Below, one piece after another: positions 40,338-50,611 of a stretch of DNA of 64,000 nt. Below the pieces are notes generated by a model. It did no database searches and had not been told where the DNA came from. It saw only the letters and a list, made by a program, of their open reading frames with translations. Both the position numbers and the translations under genes were made by a program. How positions within the stretch are numbered: the first letter of the stretch is position 1; each line of letters starts with the position of its first letter. Source of the DNA: Chloroflexota bacterium (GTDB taxonomy: Bacteria; Chloroflexota; Anaerolineae; Aggregatilineales; Phototrophicaceae); the NCBI GenBank assembly GCA_039933955.1, contig JBDTNB010000008.1:20396-84395 (forward strand), given 5' to 3'.

Positions 40338-40365
40338 GTAGGGAGGGTCTTAGACCCTCCCCTAC
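40338..40365. repeat. GTAG-type REP; also at ~5378, 7196, 8231, 8563, 18251, 19325, 37461, 55073, 62991, 63533
   Basis: GTAGGG-initiated short GC-rich palindromes in intergenic spaces. Confidence 0.8.
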
Positions 40366-40398
40366 AACATCCAATCCTTTTGAGAAATCACCTAATTG

Positions 40399-40962
40399 CT
40401 ATAACCTCGTCGCAGCGGCACGGGTATCGCCGGGGAGGACAAAGCGCACCGTCACGACATTGCCAAACTGCACCACATCTTCGTTATAGACTCGTTCGCG
40501 TTTGCCGGGAGTCAGCAGTTGAAACTGATTATCTTTACGGATGCTCGTGCCATAGGAACTGCTGGTGTCGGTCAGGTGATATTCGCGCAGGTTGTCGTCG
40601 CCTGTGAAAGTCGCATGGCGGCGCGAGATGCTCTTTTCGTCCAGCGCGACCAGGATATTATTTTCGGGATGATAAAAACGCCCGATGCCAAAATTATTGT
40701 TGGGCAGGGGGATTTCCGTCATCGTGGATAGACCGCTCAGGAGTACCATTTTTCCGGCGGTGAGGGTAGGGGCAGCGCTGTAACTCGGCGCAGTATTCAA
40801 ACCACCCTGCGGCGTCGTGGGCATGATGGGCGTCGTCGGCTGTTTGACCGGCTTGCGGCGGCCTCCTGGCGCAAACGACAGGCCAAGCAAATAAAGGATT
40901 TGCAGCACGGCGACAACCGCCAGCACTACCGGGACGATCCAGAGCAGTTGGTTCAAATCCAT
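40399..40962 (-). CDS. Membrane-anchored FHA domain protein
   Basis: IGR, ISRRHA, SSYGT, DVVQFG. Confidence 0.88.
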   Translation of the reverse strand: MDLNQLLWIVPVVLAVVAVLQILYLLGLSFAPGGRRKPVKQPTTPIMPTTPQGGLNTAPSYSAAPTLTAGKMVLLSGLSTMTEIPLPNNNFGIGRFYHPENNILVALDEKSISRRHATFTGDDNLREYHLTDTSSSYGTSIRKDNQFQLLTPGKRERVYNEDVVQFGNVVTVRFVLPGDTRAAATRL

Positions 40963-41069
40963 TGGGGCGTCCTCAATACGTGGGGTAAAACATCTTTGCT
41001 ATTAACATTTTTATCGTAAATAGGATTTTAGCCCATTTTCAATCTAAAACCCCATTAACGAGCAGGGAT

Positions 41070-43304
41070 TCAGGACGCGGTTTTAGTTTCGCTTGCGGGA
41101 TTGGGCCAGACGACCTCGATGGTTGTGCCATTACCCGGTGTGCTGCTAATCTCCAGTTTGGCGATGTTTTCCTCGGCGCGTTCGCGTAAATTGCTCAAGC
41201 CCATCCCGCCCGCCGTTTGGGTCATATCAAAACCCACGCCATCATCGTGTATACGCAGGCTGACCTGATCGGTCTGATAGTGCAGCATAATCGTAAAGGC
41301 TTTCGCATTGCTGTGCTTGAGAACATTATTCACGCTCTCCTGGGCGATGCGATACAGCGCCACATGCACATCCGGCGGCAGTTCAATTTCCGTGCCTTCG
41401 ATCTCCAAACTGGTTTCGATGATGGCGCGACCTTTCGCGGCATCTACTAAATGCTGCAAAAGATTATTGAGCGGTGTTTTGATGATCGCGTTGGGGCGCA
41501 GTTCCAGCAACAGAATCCGCATTTCGCCCATCGCGGCGCGGTTGATCTGCACCACCTGCTTAAGTTGCTCCATCGCTTTTTCAGGGTTTTTTTGCCAGGT
41601 GAGCGGGATGGCCTGGGCGATGGTCGTCGCCGAAAAAAGTGCCTGACTGACGGAATCATGTAAATCCTGGGCGAGTCGCTGCCGTTCCTGGATGGCGACC
41701 ATCTCCTGGGTACGCTCGCTCAGTAAGGCTCGTTTGAGCGCCTGCGCCGCCTGCTGCCCCAGGGTTTGCATGAATTCGCGCTCGGCTGTGGTCATTTTGA
41801 GCGCTTTGGGGAAACTCATGGCGATTCCACCAATAATGTCCTCATTGACAATCATGGGCAGCGCGATCATGGCCTCCGTATGGCTTAAAGGATGGAACTT
41901 TTCATAAACCTGCGGATAGCGTTCCTGATATTCTGTGGCGTTTTCAATAAAGATGGGCTGGCGGTCTCGCACCGCATCAGCCAGGGGAACATTGTCATGT
42001 AGCATGAAGCGAACAGGCGGATCGACCAGCAGTTCTTTGGGGATGCCGCGCCGACCAATTATTTCAAATGAGTTGTCATCGCGCAGGAGGTTAATCGAGC
42101 CGCTGTGTGCCCCCAACAGCCTGAAGCCTTTATCGGCGACAATTTCGGCAATCTCCTGCGGGGTGACAGCGGCGGTGAGCGCTGCCGTCAACTGCTGCAA
42201 GAGGCCGATCTTTTGCTCAATATTTTTGCGCTCGGTGATGTCCAGGATAAAAATGCCTACCCCGGAAAAGGTAGGATGAATGCGATACTCGTACCAGCGG
42301 TCATAGGGTTCAGCGCGATATTCATCAAATTTGCGGCTGTTCTTATCAACAGACGCTTGTTTGATCTCATTATATAAATGTGACCCAATCAGTTCGGGGA
42401 AAGCCTCGTCCGGCGTCATCGACAGCAGGTCTTGCCACGATTTGCCGCGCACTTCCAACCCCATTTCGGCTGCACGCCGGTTCGCGTAGGGGAAGTGCCA
42501 GTTGTTATCCAGAATAAGGAAGCCTTCGTCAACGCCTGCCATGACCAGTTCCAGCGTTTCCTGGACACGGGCGGCGTCGCGCTGTGGGGTTCCATCGCGG
42601 AAAACCAGCACCGCGCCGATCATTGCGTTATTGGCATCCCGGATTGGTGCGCCACTGTCCAGGATCGGGCGGTGTGTGCCATCTTTGCTAATCAAAATCG
42701 TATGATTCGCCAGCCCGACCACAACCCCGCTTTCCAGTGCTTCCATAATGGGAATCGAAACCGGTTGTCGGGTAATTTCGTTCACGATGTTAAAGACTTC
42801 TTCGATGTTTTTCCCCAGCGCGTCCTCATGTTTCCAACCGGTCAGCTCCAGGGCAACCGGGTTGATGAACACGATTTTGCCTTTTACATCGGTTGCGATG
42901 ACACCATCGCCGATGCTGTTCAGCGTAATGCGCAGCCACTGCTGCTGCTGGTCAGTGAGTTCATCCGCGCGCTTGCGCACCTGATAAAACCAGCTCAGGG
43001 CAATTGTCACCAGGATGAAAAAAGCCAGTTGGATGAAGACGACGTTATCGTCTGGCGCGAGGTCGAGGGTAGGGCGGATCACGAGGACGGCGGCAGCGGC
43101 GGCCAGCAAACTGGCTAACAGACCGGGGCCAAATCCGCCGTACAGGGCATTGAGAATAACCGCAGGCCAGAACAGGATGAAGGGCGTGCCTCTGAATACA
43201 TCCGGAAACAGAAAGCGCAGGATGACAGCGACAGCGATGCTGGCGACAGCAATTGGATAGCGCCACGCGCCAGGAAAATTGTTGCGAAGTGGAATGTTCA
43301 ACAT
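41070..43304 (-). CDS. Sensor histidine kinase (DUF4118-PAS-PAS-GAF-HisKA_3-HATPase)
   Basis: SIGDGVIATD, ERQRLAQDLHDSVSQ, QESVNN.LKH, DDGVGF, GMGL. Confidence 0.92.
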   Translation of the reverse strand: MLNIPLRNNFPGAWRYPIAVASIAVAVILRFLFPDVFRGTPFILFWPAVILNALYGGFGPGLLASLLAAAAAVLVIRPTLDLAPDDNVVFIQLAFFILVTIALSWFYQVRKRADELTDQQQQWLRITLNSIGDGVIATDVKGKIVFINPVALELTGWKHEDALGKNIEEVFNIVNEITRQPVSIPIMEALESGVVVGLANHTILISKDGTHRPILDSGAPIRDANNAMIGAVLVFRDGTPQRDAARVQETLELVMAGVDEGFLILDNNWHFPYANRRAAEMGLEVRGKSWQDLLSMTPDEAFPELIGSHLYNEIKQASVDKNSRKFDEYRAEPYDRWYEYRIHPTFSGVGIFILDITERKNIEQKIGLLQQLTAALTAAVTPQEIAEIVADKGFRLLGAHSGSINLLRDDNSFEIIGRRGIPKELLVDPPVRFMLHDNVPLADAVRDRQPIFIENATEYQERYPQVYEKFHPLSHTEAMIALPMIVNEDIIGGIAMSFPKALKMTTAEREFMQTLGQQAAQALKRALLSERTQEMVAIQERQRLAQDLHDSVSQALFSATTIAQAIPLTWQKNPEKAMEQLKQVVQINRAAMGEMRILLLELRPNAIIKTPLNNLLQHLVDAAKGRAIIETSLEIEGTEIELPPDVHVALYRIAQESVNNVLKHSNAKAFTIMLHYQTDQVSLRIHDDGVGFDMTQTAGGMGLSNLRERAEENIAKLEISSTPGNGTTIEVVWPNPASETKTAS

Positions 43305-43618
43305 TGAAAAGTCGTTATTTTCTCTAATGGTATGGCTTTACGTGGCTAGTTTGCCTACAGATGGTTTGTCCATTAAATTTTGAAACCTTTAAGCCGCTAA
43401 CATTTAAACACTGAATTTGACCCAATGCAACTTAGTTCACAACCCTAAAGCCCCAGTATATCGTATCAGGATCAGCCCATATTGTCCTTGCATAAGCGGG
43501 GTCAGCAGCGCTTCTTACGAAATTTATACCCATCGAACACTATACTCAGGCCGTCTTCGTTCGGAATAAGGATTTAAAGGGTTATCCTGGGTAAAGCATA
43601 AGTGGTAGGAGGACTATC

Positions 43619-44626
43619 ATGAAGTTGAAATGGGCAAGCAGCCTTGTTTTATTAGGATTGATTTTAGCGACAGTAAGCGGCGCGGCGGCACAAGGGCCGA
43701 GTGTCGAATGGCAAGCATGGAACGCACAAATTACGGCACACGCCAATGATTCACAGCTTGATGTTGCGGAAACACAGGTCATCAATGTGTTGGGCGGCAG
43801 CTTAAGCCAGGGCGAACGCGACTACACCCAGCAGGTCGATATTCAAGCGGTGTATCTGGCGATGAACGGCGGCCAACCGCGCGAATTGACGCAGGGTAAC
43901 GGCGCTGGAACCTATCAGGTATCCGGCACTTCCGGTGACGTAGTGCTGCAATATGAACTGCCAACCACCGCCGAAGCTGGTGATACGTTTGCCGTGCAGA
44001 TTAATTACACCGTGCCGGAGCCAACTGCCGGTCTGATTGATTGGTTCGCTGTTCCAGGCGATCACGGTGCAACGGTGCAGAGCAGCACCATCACCATTAA
44101 TTTCCCGGATGGCGATGCGCCCGATGCGAGTCTGGTACGCTTCACCGAAGGCAACGGGACAGTGAGCACCTCCGGCAACAGCATTGTCATCCAATCGCAG
44201 GGCGCAATCCCGGCGAATGCTGCGTTCGGCGTGCAGCTTCCGTATGGGGCTGGGGTCGGTACGGCGGGCAACTCCGGCACGACCAATAATCCGGTACAGA
44301 CTGTCCCGACGAGTGGTACAGGCACAAGCAGCGATTCGAGCGGCGGTTTGGGCATCATCGGCATCCTGTGCATCATTGGCGTGGTGATTTTGCTTGGCGG
44401 TGGCAGTTTGATACGCAATCTGTTGGGCGGCATCGGCGGGAGCAGCCTGGGTAATGGCGGTGGTCTCTTCGGCGGTGGCAGCACACCCACGAACAACAAT
44501 CCCTTTGGTGGCAGTGGCAGCACACCGAGCAGCGGGCGCGGCTTCCGCGAAAGCCCCAATCAGAACCGCGAAGTCCCCACCATCGACAATGACAAACGGC
44601 GCGGCGGCGGCGCGAGTTTCAAATAA
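43619..44626 (+). CDS. Secreted/membrane DUF2207-like protein with a Gly-rich tail
   Basis: Signal peptide, beta-rich domain, C-terminal TM helix, GGGASFK end. Confidence 0.65.
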   Translation: MKLKWASSLVLLGLILATVSGAAAQGPSVEWQAWNAQITAHANDSQLDVAETQVINVLGGSLSQGERDYTQQVDIQAVYLAMNGGQPRELTQGNGAGTYQVSGTSGDVVLQYELPTTAEAGDTFAVQINYTVPEPTAGLIDWFAVPGDHGATVQSSTITINFPDGDAPDASLVRFTEGNGTVSTSGNSIVIQSQGAIPANAAFGVQLPYGAGVGTAGNSGTTNNPVQTVPTSGTGTSSDSSGGLGIIGILCIIGVVILLGGGSLIRNLLGGIGGSSLGNGGGLFGGGSTPTNNNPFGGSGSTPSSGRGFRESPNQNREVPTIDNDKRRGGGASFK

Positions 44627-44731
44627 ATCCAGGAAACCTCACCCCCAATCCCCTCTCCACATGTGGAGAGGGGGCTTTCTTATGAAATTTTCCATCCACC
44701 TTTTAAGGGGATGCTACCTCAGAGGGCGACT

Positions 44732-46525
44732 ATGAAAAATGTGTGGCGCGCGCTGGTAATTGCGATATTCTGGCTGCTGCCTTTGCTGCCTGCATCGGCA
44801 CAGGCGACGCTGGAATATGGGCAACCGGCATCCGGGACATTGGCGGCAGGCCAGAAAGATACTTACAGCTTTAACGGTAAAAAAGGCGAGAAACCGGTCA
44901 TCGCCATGAACGCGCACGGCGGCAATATGCTGCCGTATGTGGCGCTCTACGATCCGCAAGGGACGCTGATCGGCGAAGACAGCCAGGGCGGTGAGAAGGG
45001 CAATGCGCTGCTCAAAGGGCAGGTGCTGCCTGCCGACGGACTATACACCGTTGATGCCGTCAACAAAGCGACGGATGGCAGCGGCGGCTACACACTCATT
45101 ATTAAAGAAGAGTCGCAGCAAGTCTATTTTGATGGCCCCAGGGCGGCTAACACATCCGGTAAACAAGCTTATCAACTGAGCCAACCCTGGGATCACACCA
45201 ACATCACCTACAGCATCCAGAACACTCTGCAAGGCTTCAATGCGCAGGATGTGGTCGCGGTGCTTCAGGCGGCGTTCCAGGCCTGGGCGAATAACTCACC
45301 GCTGACCTTCACCCAGGTGCAAGGGCAGGGCGATATTAATGTGCAGTTCGGGCCGATTGACGGCCAATATAACATTCTGGGCGAAACCTGCCCGCCGTAT
45401 AATCCCTGCGATTCGGGCAGCGTGCTGCTCGATTCCGGCGAAACCTGGGCGCTAACGCAGCCGCAGGGTTACAACGATATATCGCTGTTGGGCGTGGCGA
45501 CCCACGAATTCGGCCACGCGATTGGCCTGCTGCACACCGACGACTCGAACGCGCTGATGTATCCCGAATACAGTCCCTACGTTTTGCAACCGGCGCAGGA
45601 TGACATCGCGGGTTTACAGCGTTTGTACGGCGTGGGCGGATCAGGGCCGGTGAGCAACCCACCATCGCTGCCGGGGTTCCCTAGCAATCCAGCCCAAACC
45701 GGGCAGATGCAGGTCAGCGGCCAGCTTGACGACACCCATTACACCCATTTCTGGGATTTTGATGTGGTTGCGGGCGATACCGTGACCATCGATATGCAGG
45801 CGCAAAGCGGCGACCTGGACTCGTTCCTGGTGCTGCTGGACGCCAACAATAATGTGCTGGCTTATAACGATGACACGGGCGGCGGCAAAAGCGCGGAACT
45901 GGCGCACCTGCAATTCCCGCAGGCCGGAACGTATACCGTCGCGGCGACCCGTTATGCCCAGGCACAAGGTTACACTTCCGGCACGTATGTGATGACTATC
46001 CAATATGATGTTGGCCCGCCGACGGGCGTTTCGTCCGCGCCCGTCGCGCCGGGGAACACCAGCAATCCGGCTTCAGGAAATCCGACGGCCAGCGTGCAAG
46101 TCAGCGCGGGCGACGCAGCACAGATCGACAAACTGCCTTCGCTGGACGGCGCGCTCGAAAGTGCATTTGCCAGCAGTGCTACTCCGGGTGAACAGGCGCG
46201 CAACGGTACGGTTGATCCGAGCCAGACTTACGCCTGGGAACAGACGTGGTGCGCGACGGATGCCAATACACTGGCCGGGAATTTGCCGGACATCAGTGTG
46301 CAGTTCGCGGTGAATGGCGAACCGGTGGATTCATCTTTGGTGACGCAGCGCAATTTCAGCAGTTCACAATACCAATGTGTGGGTTATAGTGTGCTGCTGT
46401 CGGGCTGGTCAACCGGGTTGGTCAATCTGAGTTCAACTTTATCGCTGAAAGCACCGGTTTTCGACGGCAATACGATTTATCCGCAGGGCGATTACGTCTA
46501 TACCTACGCGATCCAGGCACGATAG
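44732..46525 (+). CDS. Secreted matrixin (M10A) metalloprotease with PPC domains
   Basis: HEFGHAIGLLH, ALMYP, DDIAGLQRLYG; PPC motifs. Confidence 0.88.
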   Translation: MKNVWRALVIAIFWLLPLLPASAQATLEYGQPASGTLAAGQKDTYSFNGKKGEKPVIAMNAHGGNMLPYVALYDPQGTLIGEDSQGGEKGNALLKGQVLPADGLYTVDAVNKATDGSGGYTLIIKEESQQVYFDGPRAANTSGKQAYQLSQPWDHTNITYSIQNTLQGFNAQDVVAVLQAAFQAWANNSPLTFTQVQGQGDINVQFGPIDGQYNILGETCPPYNPCDSGSVLLDSGETWALTQPQGYNDISLLGVATHEFGHAIGLLHTDDSNALMYPEYSPYVLQPAQDDIAGLQRLYGVGGSGPVSNPPSLPGFPSNPAQTGQMQVSGQLDDTHYTHFWDFDVVAGDTVTIDMQAQSGDLDSFLVLLDANNNVLAYNDDTGGGKSAELAHLQFPQAGTYTVAATRYAQAQGYTSGTYVMTIQYDVGPPTGVSSAPVAPGNTSNPASGNPTASVQVSAGDAAQIDKLPSLDGALESAFASSATPGEQARNGTVDPSQTYAWEQTWCATDANTLAGNLPDISVQFAVNGEPVDSSLVTQRNFSSSQYQCVGYSVLLSGWSTGLVNLSSTLSLKAPVFDGNTIYPQGDYVYTYAIQAR

Positions 46526-46576
46526 CTTTTAGCTACGCTTCGCTAAGCGATTAGCTTTTAGCTAAAGGACAAAAAG
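46522..46576. repeat. (TAGC/GCTAA)-rich short tandem repeat family; also ~5293, 11340-11380, 28168, 36720, 40265-40300
   Basis: tagctttt/tagcgat units next to gene ends. Confidence 0.65.
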
Positions 46577-46827
46577 CGAAACACAAAGGCGCAACGAAAA
46601 GAGGCCGTGTATGGCCTCTTTTCATTTATATGTCCATGCGGCTGAGGCTCATTTAAGCTGAGTTTCGGATAGCTTTTTCGCCCTCACCCTAAATCCCTCT
46701 CCCTCAGGGCGAGGGACTTAAAAAGCCGTTGTGAACCGATTTTTCCCCTTCTACCTGAGGGAGAAGGAGCTGGGGATGAGGGTGAGCAGTACAAATCAAA
46801 CCAATATTACCTATCCAAAACTGAGGC

Positions 46828-47337
46828 TCATTTGGTCTCGGTGGTTGAGTCGTGGCTAACGATGCTCAACAGGGTTCGGCGTGAGAGTCCCAGAACGGGC
46901 ATGTTCGGGAAAAACCGCTCATTTTTCTGTTCGACGGGAATCTCAGTCGAGATTTGCAGGCTGGTGACGGCGATGACCGAGAGACGCGGTTCCGAAACAA
47001 TCAGGTCGCGTGTATCCAGACCGCGACTGAACATCAGCTTGACGTTGGTCTCGATCCGGATTTCCCCGGCGATATTGAGCGCGATTGATTCATAGCGCGA
47101 ACCGGGATCATCGGAATTATAGAGCAGGCCGCCGATCAGCGAGTCGTCGATGCTGCCCATTTCCAGACGGGCCTCATAGGCGCGGGTGATGCGCGGCATA
47201 TCGCCGACGTTCGAGGAAACCGCGATATTCGCTTTGCCGAAGATGAAATACATCCCTGGGGGGAGTACCAATTCCGCAAAGACCTGTTTGTCCCTGGTGA
47301 CAAATCCGCCCGGTGCGGTGAAATGAAAGCCTTCCAT
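46828..47337 (-). CDS. Hypothetical protein
   Basis: 169 aa ORF with AAGGAG RBS. Confidence 0.6.
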   Translation of the reverse strand: MEGFHFTAPGGFVTRDKQVFAELVLPPGMYFIFGKANIAVSSNVGDMPRITRAYEARLEMGSIDDSLIGGLLYNSDDPGSRYESIALNIAGEIRIETNVKLMFSRGLDTRDLIVSEPRLSVIAVTSLQISTEIPVEQKNERFFPNMPVLGLSRRTLLSIVSHDSTTETK

Positions 47338-47640
47338 ATTTTAAGCTCCTTTGCCTGAAAACGAGGTCTTGGTGACTGCCTATCGAGCTTCCATATGGCT
47401 GCGCCTACCCCATAGAGACCCGTTCTGCTGTCATCTTAATCAATGCATCGAGGCTGCGAATATCAGATTTTGGGTTTTAGCGGGAGACTCAGGAAGTGAG
47501 ATTTTCGGTTGAAAATGGGGATTCGGAAAGGTGGCGTTGGCGTAATTAGATATGCCCTGACTCTAACGAAGTTATTTCATCGCATGGCCTATAAATCAGG
47601 TATAATGAAAATAACTTGACAAAATGCAGGTAGTCATACA

Positions 47641-47871
47641 ATGTCAGCAGAACAGATGATCGCAGAAAAATGGGTCAACACGGGTGAGGCAGCAGAGATC
47701 ACCGGGTACGACCAGCAATATCTACAAAAACTGGCGCTGAAAAATGCCCGACTACCTGAGGATGAGCGCGTAATCCGTGTGAATAGTCGTGCAGGACGAC
47801 ATGAAATGTGGTTACCGGATTTGCTCAAGTACATTGCCGAGCGCGGGCACGGCCCTAAAAAAGCTGTTTAA
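47641..47871 (+). CDS. Small excisionase-like HTH protein, module copy 4
   Basis: KWVNTGEAAEITGY...HEMWLPDLLKYI...GHGP; TATAAT at 47601. Confidence 0.87.
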   Translation: MSAEQMIAEKWVNTGEAAEITGYDQQYLQKLALKNARLPEDERVIRVNSRAGRHEMWLPDLLKYIAERGHGPKKAV

Positions 47872-47882
47872 TGACGAATAGC

Positions 47883-48241
47883 TTGACATTATACGAGTAG
47901 TCATATATATTAGATGGCAAGCACATCGCTACAATGTGACTAGCCAGCAGAAACCAAACGCCCCGTACTAGCTATACGGGGCGTCGGATTTGCAATGTCC
48001 AGATTGGACACGCAAGGATTGCTTCTTGCGTGTTAGCATAAACCGATTTGGGATTTTTGTAAAGTACGTAGGTCTGGCAAAAGGGAGGTTTGGGCGCAGT
48101 GGTGTGCGTTCCTTGGCGATCCCCCCTGTGTTTGTCAGCGGTACGGGGCGCTGCCGGATGTTCTCGGCAGCCTTCAAAAACTCCAAAACGCAAATACGAA
48201 GCTGGCCTCTGGATAGGCTATCCAGGGGTCGTTTCGTTTTT
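47883..48241 (+). ncRNA. Promoter and structured RNA, module copy 4
   Basis: TTGACA-17-TATATT; homologous to copies 1 and 2; antisense TTTACA(48063-58)-17-TATGCT(48040-35); terminator 48204-48241. Confidence 0.75.
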
Positions 48242-48412
48242 AATGGCTACTAACATCAGTTCGGGATAAGCTCCTACAAATTTTGTTTCTGTGTCCAATT
48301 TCCTTTGGCGACGTACAGTCATCATTTTCTGGTGTATTGACCAATTTTTGAAATGAATTCTATCAATTGCTCGGTTGTATGTCTGACTTCCACTAAAGCG
48401 GGTAATCGCAAC

Positions 48413-49075
48413 TTATTTGGGCAGTTCTCGAAGTATGTGCAATACCCGATCATACAATGTTTCTAGGGGCTGAGTTTTGACTACCGAAAATTGATGGTAT
48501 ATGGCCTGCTTTTCCAGTTCCGCTCCAAATCGTGAGGAGAATTCTGCCTGTAGGTCGGCATCTTCTCCTGTGTAGTTTTTACCCCGGTTACGTTGAACAT
48601 CTCTTACATGGAGATGCTCTTTGGTATCAACCAGAAACAGGCTTCTTACAGCGTGTAAGTCTCTCTGTGCAAGTAACTCAGGAACAATACCGTCTCCTTC
48701 AAAGATCACATGCTCATTGCAAATGATATGTTTAGTCATTAGTTCATTCAAAGCGGGCCATATCTCTTTTGCTACCTTGATCAGTCGCAGAACGAGATGA
48801 TCGGCATCATTTATCCGTAGATAATCTGGATGTTCTAAAAAGTAAAATAAGTCGGGGTGCTTTTCTTTGTCGACTATCTGCTGCACAGCTATTCTAATAT
48901 CGTCAACTTCAGTCAAAGGGGTTTGATAATATAGCGCCAATTGCCGAGCCAAATAAGACTTTCCTGTAGCCGAACTTCCACCAATTAGCAATACTTTCCA
49001 ATCTGGTCTCATAAGCATCACATCGGACAAGCCAGCATACTTATAAATTTTGTGGTCATATTTTGATGCTACCAC
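48413..49075 (-). CDS. P-loop kinase (2-phosphoglycerate-kinase-like)
   Basis: LIGGSSATGKS, VIFEGDGIVP; AT-rich. Confidence 0.7.
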   Translation of the reverse strand: MVASKYDHKIYKYAGLSDVMLMRPDWKVLLIGGSSATGKSYLARQLALYYQTPLTEVDDIRIAVQQIVDKEKHPDLFYFLEHPDYLRINDADHLVLRLIKVAKEIWPALNELMTKHIICNEHVIFEGDGIVPELLAQRDLHAVRSLFLVDTKEHLHVRDVQRNRGKNYTGEDADLQAEFSSRFGAELEKQAIYHQFSVVKTQPLETLYDRVLHILRELPK

Positions 49076-49099
49076 ATTTCACCATTTTTGAGCTAACCG

Positions 49100-50611
49100 C
49101 TAGCACTTCTCCGCCGGATACTTCGTCACCTGATACAACCCCGTTTGGACGTAGGTCACGGCGTATAAATTGGCTTCCAGGACGGCGGGATCAATGACAT
49201 AGACAGCCGCCGGGGCACAGGCGATTGCATTTTGCAGGCGGGCATCGACGGCCTGGGTCAAAGCATCGGAGGCATCGCTGTTCAGGCGATCCCGTTCGCC
49301 CAACGCCAGCAGGGTTACGTCGAGGAATTTAATATCCGGGCGCTGGCCGTTGACGATTTGCTCGTATTCAGCGGGACGGATCGCCGTCCAGGGGCCGATG
49401 AGCGTGGCTCCCTGGGGCAGGGTCGTCAACAGGCTGCGGGCGCGATCTGCAACATAGGTATCGCCAGACCGTCCGGCGAGGTTCCAATTGCCCGCTAATT
49501 GGGCGATCACCAGCACGCCCAAAAAGGCATACACTGGGATTTTCGGCAGCCGATCCAGCAGCCAGATACTCCCCGCCGCGACGAAAATCGCCCACACCAG
49601 ATAGGCCGTGTGGAACATCGTCCATTTATCGAACACATCATAACTGCTGAAAAATAAAACCTGCGCGGCGAACATCCCCAAAAGCAGCAGACACAGCGTC
49701 CGTTTGCTGCGCCATAGTTGAACAATCCCCAGCAGTCCGACGAGCAAGCCTACGCCTAAATAATTCAGCCACAATTCGCCGACAAATTTGCCAATCTCGC
49801 CGACCCAATCCAGCAGGGGATAGGCGAACATCTCGCGCCCGAACATGCGCCCGCTGACCATCCACACCAGATCAGCGGGCTGCGTCAAATCGCGGTCAAA
49901 ATACCGCGCCACCAGGTTGAACTGGGGATTGGCCGCAAATCGCAGCGGCAGATACAGATACAGCGTCCCGGCGACGCCGCCGATGATGACCAGTGTGACA
50001 ATCCGCGCGCGCCATGTCGGGATTTTCCAGAGGATGTAGGGCAGCAGGACAACCGCCACCAAAATCGTCGCCATGTGGTTGGCGAACGCCAGTCCAAATA
50101 GAAGGGCGATGAAATAAAAATTAAACCCGCCCCCTAACCTCCTCCCCGAATTCAAGGAGGGGGAGGCCGGGAGAGGGTGGGGTATGTAAACCACAAACAC
50201 CAACACAATCCCCGCGATGAGCGCCGTATGCAGCGTATACACCTCGGCGACGACGGCCTGCGCCCAGATAGCGAGCGCCAGCCCGAACAGCAGCGCCGAC
50301 AGCACGGCGATGAGCGGGTTTTTAAACAGACGTAAATTGATGCTGTAGAGCAGGGCGAGGGTCAGTGCGCCGCAAAAAGCTGAAAATAAATTGGCGCGGA
50401 TGGCGAAGTCGGCGCTCCAGGGCAGCAAAGTAAACAGCCGCCCCAGGATCAGATATAAAGGATAGCCGGTGGAATGGACAATGCCCTGGCTGTAAATGCC
50501 CAGGGTGAGTTCAGCACTGTCCCAACTGAATACACCGGGGGACAGGGACAGCGCATAGATCACGAACGCCAGGACGAAAACGCCCAGCGCGCTCAGCCAG
50601 GGACGGCTCAT
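49100..50611 (-). CDS. DUF2723-like GT-C membrane glycosyltransferase
   Basis: WDSAEL, HSTGYPLY, AEVYTL, GLAFANH. Confidence 0.85.
   Translation of the reverse strand: MSRPWLSALGVFVLAFVIYALSLSPGVFSWDSAELTLGIYSQGIVHSTGYPLYLILGRLFTLLPWSADFAIRANLFSAFCGALTLALLYSINLRLFKNPLIAVLSALLFGLALAIWAQAVVAEVYTLHTALIAGIVLVFVVYIPHPLPASPSLNSGRRLGGGFNFYFIALLFGLAFANHMATILVAVVLLPYILWKIPTWRARIVTLVIIGGVAGTLYLYLPLRFAANPQFNLVARYFDRDLTQPADLVWMVSGRMFGREMFAYPLLDWVGEIGKFVGELWLNYLGVGLLVGLLGIVQLWRSKRTLCLLLLGMFAAQVLFFSSYDVFDKWTMFHTAYLVWAIFVAAGSIWLLDRLPKIPVYAFLGVLVIAQLAGNWNLAGRSGDTYVADRARSLLTTLPQGATLIGPWTAIRPAEYEQIVNGQRPDIKFLDVTLLALGERDRLNSDASDALTQAVDARLQNAIACAPAAVYVIDPAVLEANLYAVTYVQTGLYQVTKYPAEKC

Noticed and set aside
47883-48241. 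Module RNA as T-box, known riboswitch, tRNA, tmRNA, RNase P or group II intron
   Set aside because: None of their diagnostic motifs were recognised by eye, and most copies have no downstream co-oriented gene. cmscan is still needed.
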